The notes under the pieces were generated by a model. The model was not told the origin of the DNA. It saw nothing but the letters and a program-made list of their open reading frames with translations, and made no database searches. Positions 52,525-61,800 of a stretch of 64,000 nt of DNA are shown here, piece by piece (position 1 is the first letter of the stretch; every line of letters begins with the position of its first letter). Source of the DNA: Amphiscolops sp. MND2022 (taxonomy: Eukaryota); NCBI GenBank assembly GCA_964187785.1, contig OZ076409.1, positions 53,446,001-53,510,000 of the forward strand, written 5' to 3'. The position numbers and the translations under genes were made by a program.

Positions 52525-52740
52525 CACAATAGCCCAAACTCCCAGAGACACAATAGCCCAATCTCCCAGAGACACAGTAGCCGAATCTCCCAGAGACACA
52601 ATAGCCCAATCTCCCAGAGACACAGTAGCCCAATCTCCCAGAGACACAATAGCCCAATCTCCCAGAGACACAGTAGCCCAATCTCCCAGAGACACAATAG
52701 CCCAATCTCCCAGAGACACAGTAGCCCAATCTCCCAGAGA
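52525..52740. repeat. 24-bp tandem array x9 in the BEL 5' UTR
   Basis: CACA(A/G)TAGCCCAATCTCCCAGAGA x9; A/G alternates from unit 2 onward. Confidence 0.97.
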
Positions 52741-53843
52741 CACAAAATCAGCAACTCCAAGTTCCAGACACTTGTTCTTCTTGGGCAATCTTCTCAGTTG
52801 TCCACCAACGAGTCGTCTTCTTCTAGTCCGGGTCGTCCACCAACGAGTTGTCCGGGTCGGCGGACCAACGAGCGTCCGGGTCGGCGGACCAAATGTAACG
52901 GCTGCTTGCCCTTATCCTGCGCTGAGGCTTGACAAGCTTTACGCCGCCCTGATCCGTTGCTTAGTGCTGTGGACCGTCACTAAACAATTCCTGGTTTTCT
53001 TGTTTAAAGGACTGTATCTTTTGACTGGTGGGTCCGATGTGACCCGCGGAATCTCCTGCAATTCCGCTTTGCACTGAATTGGATCCGATGTGATCCTGCA
53101 CACACTTCCCTCACTGTATCTTCACGCGCTCCGGCTCTCCAACTATGAGAGTAGCTACTTAGTCGCTCTGACTCTAGCGAAAAGTTGTGAAGATTGAGAA
53201 GTAGATTAATTAGTCTCGCGGTCCTGAGACCCAACTTGACTATAGCTATTCAGTGGAGAAAATCTCTATCTAATAATGGTATACATATGGTTTACAATTC
53301 TACAGTAAATATAAGCAAATATCAGTTGAAATATGTTGTATAAATAAATGACATTTAAAGCTTAAAATGAAGTTATTGACTAAGTAAACAAAGAATGTGG
53401 TGGTTTTGGCATGTTGGTTAGGTGGGTTAGGAGGTATGTTTACACAATGTAAAAATCATTAATTTCAACAGAGATGAATTTCCTTCAAGGTCATATGAGA
53501 AAATCACATAATAATTAATATATCAAAATTGGGATTTCAGGGGGTTCGACCTAGGTCACTTTGGGTGTTAATTGCTCGGAACCCAGGGGAGATACGGGGT
53601 AGGTTGTTAAGAGTGAAAAGTTAGTGTATCACCACCACTATATGTGTGCCAAGTTTCAAGGTGATTGAATCAGTGGTTTTCCGGGACGGGGGGGTGGTGT
53701 TTTTTTACATAGGGTCATTTTTTGCTTAGACTTGTATTTTTCCATCTAAAATCTTGATAAATTTTCTAAGTGTTTTGAGTTGTAAGTTTCATCAGTCACG
53801 TTCGAATTTGAGTTTCTGATCTCGCAATTGACTGGCGCCAACA

Positions 53844-54709
53844 GGACCCTTTCTGATTTTTTGACATCCATTGTTGCAAAACATCACAAAATAGAAGGGG
53901 GACCCTTTGGGGAAACAAAATTTTCAACAAAAAGTCTCAATGCCAAAAAAAACTAAAAGGGGGCCCTTTGGGAGTTTGAAATATCCATTCTGTCGCCAAA
54001 CATCAAAAAAGTGATGTAACGACAAGCTCTCACCATTGTCGCCGTAACCATAAGAGTTAGAGGAACACATGATATGGGTATTTGCCCGGGACAGGCGCCC
54101 ATGACCATGAGCTCATTTTGCCTTTCGGGTAAAACCTGTCCCGTCAGAGGATGATTCCGCTTCTTGTGAAGTGCTGGCCGGCCTGATCTTTAATTGTTAT
54201 CAGTAGCGCGAATTACGCTTTTTCTTCGAAACCATCACTTAGAAAGCCTTTAAAAACGTTCGCTCTTGTTGTCGAAGTACCTGCCAATTTTGTTGAAACA
54301 GCGAAAAGAGCAATCACATGCTGTGTGCCACGTCAAACATCGAATTAGAATTTTTCAGAAATTTTCTGAACATGTTCAAATCCAAAATTCCAATATCGAC
54401 TAATTTTGCTGTCTCAGAGGGTGCCGTTACATGAAGGGGGACCCTTTGAGGAAAATTGTTTTCAAAAAAAGTCTCACAATGCCAAAAAACTGAAATGGGG
54501 GACCCTTTAGTCTCGCCCGGTACTGTATGTTACGCGGAAAAAGAGAAAAAAAAAACATTTTCGGTTCAGTTCGCTAGCCCAAATGGTTCAATTTGGCACC
54601 ATAAAACTTCGTAGAACTTTGTAGAACTATTTTGGTCAGTTAGTGTGGATTGGAAAAAAAAGAGTCACTATAATAGTCGCGTTTCACTTCTTGAAGCGCC
54701 GACTGAAAA
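53844..54709 (-). mobile_element. HINE/DINE-1-like element (starts at ~47220) hosting the BEL element and a solo LTR
   Basis: Tandem GGGGGACCCTTT motifs; end gtcgcgtttca..tgaagcgccgactgaaaa. Confidence 0.6.
54015..54431 (-). mobile_element. Solo LTR of the 3-bp-TSD group
   Basis: TGTAACG..CGTTACA; blocks homologous to the LTRs of 30112-36346; TSD TGA (54012-54014, 54432-54434); removing it restores host motif aaaaaagtgaagggggaccc. Confidence 0.88.
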
Positions 54710-55092
54710 TTATAATAAGGACCTGATTTTTCTGTTGCTGATCTCTATGGATATTCATAACCGCAAAAACATGCATAAATTGTATGAGACTTGGTCTTTG
54801 TCTGGCATACTGGGATATTTGAGGTACTTCAAGTATAGTATTCCACCTTTTTTTCGAAAAAGTTAAAAAAACATCTCCATAAAGCCACATGCTAGGAACC
54901 TAATCTTTTGCCGTTAAATCTTGTGAAAGAAATATTCAGTCGCTTAATTTTTTTTTCTGATGCATATTTTGACCCGGTTATGACATTTTTCAAATTTCTA
55001 ATTATGAACTATACATCTGGAATCATATCATTTTGTATGGATATCAAAGAAAAGTAACGTGCTAAATTCAACTAAATTTATTCAGCAAAATG

Positions 55093-56236
55093 TTATCTTC
55101 CATCATAGTAATAAGGCATTAAAGATGTTAGAGCACCAAGGTTGATAATTAAAAACAGAAAAGCGAACAATCGATCTACACATCGAAGAATAAAGAACCA
55201 AACTTCTCGATTAACTTCTGCCATGGTGTCACTGGATAATGTACGAAACAAAATGGCTTCCAGAAGGACCAAACTTTCAGCTAATTCTCCAATCTTTCGC
55301 TCCAAGATTTTGTCTCCCTCATCTTGCGTAGTAGCTTCACAAGTAGTTTCGGTCAAATTGTTTATGGTACTTTTTGGTCTATTTTCAAACATTTCGGTTA
55401 TTACGTGATCCAGTTTTGGGCACTCCAAAAACAAGAATGGAGAAATTGTTTCACAGAACTTGAACACGCATTTTTGGAAGGTTTCATTGAAAAGATAAAA
55501 TAATGAAGAGTTTCCTAGACTCAGAGTTGTCACGGAGATACAAAGGGATAGACAAACGGCGAAGATGGAGAAGAGACAGTACTTGCTGATTACCGGTAGT
55601 TGCATAGAGTTGACGGGTACAAATTGGCTGATGCAGAGAATATTGAAAGCTTGGGCCACGAAAACTGTCACTGATAGTCCTACTTTTTCTTGACATCCGT
55701 GTGGAAGAAAGAAGACCAGGATTGACAGAATTCTGATAACAAGATACTGAATTTCAGTTTTTAGAAAACTGGGATTCAACAAGCATGGAAAAATAATCGC
55801 AATGCACCAAAACAGTTTCAGCAGATCTTTTTTGATTTTTCAGCTCATGCATTTATAGTCAAGGGAATTAAAAATCACCCTGAAATTTCAATAGGAGGTA
55901 CTTCAAAATCAAGCGTTATGAGTACTTGGGCTAAAAACGTTTCGAGAGAAAAACATTTTCTGCAAACCCTTATCATCTATGCAAATTATAAACAACCCGT
56001 CAACAATTAGGAAGTATTGGAGAATTTAAATATTCAGTATGTATGTGTAAGCACTTACGATATGAGAACAGTAGGAAGAATGATGACTCGTGTGTAGAAA
56101 CCTGATCTCCGCACCAGCGTGAGTGTGTATCTCACTTCAGAAAATACTAGAGTCGTATCTTGGCGTCTAGTCGTGTTCAACACTCGGTTTTCGCAATCCA
56201 CTGTTCTAAGTATCCATTCCGAGTTGGGCGTGAATT
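55093..56236 (-). CDS. Nicotinic acetylcholine receptor-like (cation-type Cys-loop) subunit, non-alpha; last two exons
   Basis: Exons 56236-56059 (FTPNSEW..FSEVRYTLTLVRRSGFYTRVIILPTVLIS) and 55732-55093 (LVFFLP..EKVGLSVTV, VP.NS..LPVISKY, W..ILRCVDRLF); phase-2 GT-AG intron; upstream exons not found in the window. Confidence 0.9.
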
Positions 56237-56361
56237 CTTGAAAATAAAATATTGATATTGAAATTAGGACTTTTCAATTTTAAAGTAGTTAATTTAATTA
56301 CGCTAAAAGCATTAATGATAGTTATTTAGATCATAACAATTTTTCGTTGTTATATACAACA

Positions 56362-57233
56362 ACAAGACGGGAACGTCTAAAATCGGCGCCATATCTAAGG
56401 CTCAAAGAGCTCAAATTTTTTGAAATTGTAAAGGGGGACCCTTTGGGTTTTTTGAAAATCCAATTTGTTGCGGGGTGTAACGTCTCAAACTTCGGATATA
56501 GCGTGCTGGCCCAAATGGAAGCGCTTTTTGAACCTCCGCCTCCTCCTTGGTAAAACGGAATATAATTCGGATATAACGTCAAAAATTCGGATATAGAGCT
56601 TTACTCAGGATATTACGTCCAAGTTTCGGATAGTTTTGGAAAAATTATTGGTAAATATATACTGAGAAAACCTAATTTCAGACGAAAAATGACAATTTTG
56701 AACAGTCTCATAGTGCCAAAAAATCTAAAATAGGGGGACCCTTTGGGATTGTTTAATATCTATTATGTTACAAAATATTTAAAAAATTGAAGTGGGACCC
56801 TTTCAAGACATTAAAAAAATGTTCCAGAAAAAAAACGAAAAATCGAAAAATAAGAATTTTGCGCCATTCTCATGGTGCCAAAAAACTTGAAAGGGGAGAC
56901 ACTTTGGGCTTTTTGAATCTTCAATTTGCTGTAAAATATCAAAAAACTTGAAGGGGTCTCCCTTTGGAGACAAAAAAAATTTCGAAACAAAAGTCGCACA
57001 GTGTCGAAAAAACTCAAAGGGGGGACCCTATAGTCTCGTCCGGTCTTGTATCTTACGATAAAAATGGAGTAACTGAAAGGGGGACCCTTTGCACTATCCT
57101 AAATGCGCTCCCCGTTTACCGGCAGTTGAACGTTGATTTTCACGTTCGTCGCTTCGTCGCTTCGAGTCTGTCTTCAAAAAACGAGTGACTGTAATAGTTG
57201 GGCTCTTTTATTAATAAAAGCGCAGATTAAAAA
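56362..57233 (-). mobile_element. HINE/DINE-1-like element in the nAChR-like intron
   Basis: acaagacgggaacgtctaaaatcggcgcc start; GGGGACCC motifs; degenerate terminal IR plus A run. Confidence 0.6.
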
Positions 57234-57297
57234 CACGGTTCAAGGACCGTTTTCATTGCCGTATTAACATTTGAAAAGGAGAAATTCATTCACATTT

Positions 57298-57561
57298 ACG
57301 ATTAGAAAACAACGTGGTAACCCTCAGAACTTTTGAAGCCTCCCGGGATTCTAATTCAAGAGTGTAAGGACTTACAATAGTGTAAGAAATAAATTGAACC
57401 TTTAATGTAAAAAACGAATTGGACCCAAACAAAACTAGCTCTGATTTCTGCTATCATCAAAGGTATTTGAAAATCAAACAAACAAACATTCTAAAGTTTT
57501 GTTGGGCTCTTGAAATGTAGGTTAACCAAATTCTGAGGGTTACCACATTGACTTCTATTCG
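57298..57561. mobile_element. MITE with ~30-bp TIRs
   Basis: caacgtggtaaccctcagaa / ttctgagggttaccacattg inverted pair; no TSD identified. Confidence 0.6.
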
Positions 57562-57715
57562 TTGACTTCTATTCTATTAACTCTACCACGTTGACTTCTA
57601 TTCTATTTGCAAATTTGCAAATAATGAATAAACTTCCTAATTTCATTTTTCATTGATTGTATTTACTACTGAATTGGCATGTGGGACATCATTTTAGACA
57701 ATTTTGCAACACTTG

Positions 57716-58280
57716 TGTGATAATCCTCTCCTGTGTGGTCCTAATTCATGACCGCAGAGTCAATTAAATCGGTGTTTTGTATATTCAAAGGCTGCATCGG
57801 CGTTCCAAGTTCACTCATGTTCGATGGCCTGAAAAGATTATCCTGTATTTCGTTTTCTTGATCTTCTGGTTCAGATGCGTTTGCTTCATCGTTTCTGCTA
57901 TTTGTGTTTTTTGAGCTTCCTACTTAATGGGTGTTTTGCTCTTGATATCTTCTACTTGGCACAGATTGTTCTCTCCTGCTATTTTTCATCTCTTTCAACA
58001 TTTTCTCGAATTTTTCATTCATTTCTTTCCTCAGGTCTGATACTTCCTTATTTGTTTTTCCAGTTATTCTTTGTGTCCATACTTGTATTTCGTCATGGTT
58101 CTGCGAACCACTTGCAAATGCTGTTTCTCCTTTCCTAACCGAACAAACATTACCAAAATTACTAAAAGTTTCAATATTAGTTTCATTACATTGTGATGTT
58201 CCTACTTCAGGTGCGCTCAATTCTCTCTCAAATGAGGGTGATTGTGCTTGTCTGGATCTTCTTTTTCTTTTATTTCCCAT
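57716..58280 (-). pseudogene. Gag-like N-terminal remnant ending at TATCACA (possible solo LTR that contains the gag start)
   Basis: MGNKRKRRSR..LRKEMNEKFEKMLKEMK..DHTGEDYH, with coding character ending at a CA dinucleotide. Confidence 0.5.
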
Positions 58281-58823
58281 CTCAGTTAGGTGAAAATGTT
58301 GATTGTTGGAGAGAAGAATTTTAATTAGGTTTAAAGATGAAATAAGACAGAGTTGAATATAGGGTTGAAGAAGATGTACATAACATCAAATTATCAAGAT
58401 CAGACAAAGATTGAGAAGTGAGAAAATGAGTCTGAACAGTTCAGTGGTTTTTTTCTGGAATGAATTTTTATGGGCTCTTAGCTCTCCTTTTCTTTGGGTC
58501 TAATTTTAGCAACATGTCAACCATTTCTTGTAGTGTCATGCTTACATCATAAACACGTAATAACCAAAATTAGCGCCCCATTTATTAATTTAGGACAAAA
58601 ATAGGTTTAAATATTACGTCAACCTTATAAATATTTTCTTATATGACAAGTGTTATCCTGCATTCTGATTGGCTATCGATCTCAGCGTATTAACGGTACC
58701 AATCTGTGCGACGGTAATGAAATTCGTAGTAGCATGTAGTATGAGTCATACTTAGCACAAGTATTAACTTCAGCATAATACTGCACATGCAATTAGATCG
58801 ATATCATGAGTCATATTTCTAAA

Positions 58824-61800
58824 TGTAACGTCCAGCAAAAGTCGTTATATCAATTTTTGAAAATTTCGTTCAAATTCAAAAAGTGTGCGATATCAAATAA
58901 GAGCATTCAAAATGGCTGACCTAGCAGGTCCCCAAAAAAAGGACAAAAAAGAGCCGAAAAAAGCCCGAGAACCCCGAAAAAACCTTGAAATCCCAGAGGA
59001 CAGTGCCAGAGACCCCAGAAGAACTGAGAACTGCCACAAAAACGCGGTTTTGTGCCATCTATCCCAGAAAATGACCCAGAAGAAAGAAGTATCTTTTCGA
59101 AGGTTGCCCAAAGAACCCTGAAGACTGGATACAAACCCCGAATGTGATAAATTCAGTTTATTTAGATGTTTTTGATGTTGTTTAGCAGATTTGCGATGAT
59201 AGTGGATCTACTAGATCCCTATTTTGGTGGATTTAGAACTTATTCCCCCAATAAAATGTGTTTCAGCTAGACCCTGTTTTTGGACCTCGGAGGTATGTAG
59301 GAACACGCAGGAACATTAGGAATTGTTTTTACAGGCTTGTGGGACGTGTCCGGACTTGGAGTGTGCCGGCACGTCGCCACGGAGCTCTAATATGAGGAGT
59401 CTCCACGGCGTTTTGGAAAAGTCCCTACTGAGACCATTTTGGGACTAAAAACTGATGTTTAGGTTGTAGTAAGGCACTGGTCTCTTGTTCAAGCAACCTG
59501 GGCATTGTCCCAGTTCTAGAATGTAGCTGTTAGCTTGACGTTACATCTAGGATAGTTTTTATGGCGCCCCACAAGGGACCTTTTCCATCTTTTCGCCATA
59601 ATTAGGAGTTTTTCCTGCTTTCCGGCCCTGTTAGGTCCGGACCTAGGAGATTTGCTGGTGAGTCCTAGATTGTTTTTATTGCCTTATTCTAGCCCTGTGG
59701 GCCTTGTACTAGTGTTTTTCCTGCGTTTCCTGCGTATTTCCGAGGTCTGGAACCGAAAATCGACGATTTCAGACGGTGTACCCCTTGTATTTTGAGAATA
59801 CCTATTGAAAAAGTGAATCCGGCCTATCCGGAACTGGTTTTAAAGGGTTTTGTAGCTCTATTTCAGTAAATTGGCAATGTATGGGGACCAGGAGGACGGT
59901 TCGTGAAGGCCCCAGCTAGCTGAGTGACAGACGTCAGGTACTTCACGTCATAGCCTCTACCTCCCTCCCTGCTGCCGATTCTACGACGATAGCTGGGTTA
60001 TTTCGTTCCCCTTGTATTTAGCAGCCCAAACAGCATTTTCCCAGGCCTATTCCCACATAAACTAACTGAGAAAAATACCCAGCGGGTGTTCGGACCGGTT
60101 TTTAAAAAAAATTTGAGTGCGAAAACCTTGAAAATAACACTCTATATAGCTCAAATATCGATTTTACAGTTTTAAAAAGTCAAAATTTTGTAGAACTGTG
60201 TACGGCCAGTGGGAATACGATAAAAACGTTCCATCAGACCTGGTAGGTCAGGAACAGAAAAATTTGTTTGGCTAAATTACTGAAACATCAAAAAATTTAG
60301 CGATTTTTATTGAGAAAACATCAAATTTGGCCAAAAATACCAAATTTGGTGAGGGCGAAGCCTTGGGCGCTTGTTCCCAAGCTTTTAGACCGCCCCAAAA
60401 ACGTTGTTCCCGAGCTTGGTGGTACGAGACATTACTGCCAAGACAATTTTTAGCAGCCCCCAATATAAATTAAAACTTTAACCCCTGATTTTCTTTTGTT
60501 ATACATAGACCTGAGTAGAGGACCCCATAGACCTGAGAGTTATAACATCAAAAGTAATAATTGAAAGAACCCCAGTCCCCTAAATAAAGTAGTTACACCT
60601 TCCTACTGTACTATTAAAATCATCCCGAACCTCTGGGAACCGAAGAATAAAAAGTTCCTAGGGAAAATACGTGTTTTTCATAAGTGTTCCCAGAGTGTCA
60701 AAGGTGTAACTTAAAGTCAATTTTGAGAGACCTTATTTGGAACCTGCCAGGTTTCGCTTGCCTATTTTCTATTAATATAGAGCATAACGTTGCCAGCGCA
60801 GAAAACCGCGAGTGATTCCAACCAGTAGTTGTCGAGATATAGCCAAAAACGTGTTATTTTTGCGACATTATCGGAACACTGGAGTAGTGTCCCCAAGACA
60901 GGTCGAAATCTCTCCTAGCAGGAGTAACCCAAAACGGATTGCACCATCGTGTAGACCGCAAAAAGTTACATTAGTGGTGTAAATTTCGTAGCGCTACCAT
61001 TACTAGTGATTGAGAAATCTTAGCCGCAGTTTTGCTCGAAAATCGTATGAAAATGTCGAAAAAACCGAATTTTAGTTGAGCATAGTGCAATACCTTGCAG
61101 GTATCCCAGCACTAAAATTCTTGCATTTTCGTATATACGGCGCTAGATCCCGACGATTTGTGCATTTTGAGCAGCTTGCTACTGTCCAACTTGGAGAAAT
61201 TGACAATTTTGTGAATTTTGACCCCTGAAAGTGACATATAGGGTACATCATAGTTTTGTCGACTCGGATTGCGGAATATTGACCTGGGCACCCTGCTAAC
61301 TTATTTTTCTGTTACGTGGGCATAATTCACGCCCGCATACAAAATTTCAGGTAGCTAGGAAGCCTAGAAGGCGAGTTTGACAGACTTGTGTGAATTTCAC
61401 AACATTGTAAAATTTTGCAATAACATTGGTGAGCGACCCTGAGTCACGAGGAAACAAATTTGGCGCAATCGGCGGTTAGTTTCCCACGATTTAGCCACTG
61501 TAGTATACCGTGTTAAATTTTCAGGTCGCTACTAGCCCTAGAAGTGATTTCCACCATCCCCAGGCGTGCACTTTGGTGAAAAAATTGCCGATTTTGAGGA
61601 ATTTTGCGAAAATTCGCATAATTTTCGTAAGTGTAGTTGCGAGTGAGGGCTCAAAAGACCCTAATTCTACACCAGGCACCCATAGCACGTCCTGCCGAGG
61701 CAATCAGTATAGGGCTAGCTCAACCCTAAGATCTTGGGTTCGTGGAAAAATTGTCTACGAGACTTAGAAGTGAAAAACCACAGAATCGTGTTTTCTCTAC

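Larger units (their letters stand above)
47253..53843 (-). mobile_element. BEL/Pao LTR retrotransposon, non-autonomous (no RT, RNase H or integrase core)
   Basis: LTRs 47253-48200 and 52894-53843 (about 1% different by eye); 5-bp TSD GGACC; PBS TGGTCCGCCGACCCGGA (tRNA-Tyr-like); inserted in a GGGGGACCC motif of a HINE-like repeat. Confidence 0.95.

Noticed and set aside
52441..53077. Repeat-protein ORFs in several frames
   Set aside because: Produced by the 24-bp array being open in multiple frames
58534..58648. Short TGTCAT..ATGACA segment as a mini solo LTR
   Set aside because: Flanks (TGTAG, AGTGT) give no duplication at TG/CA
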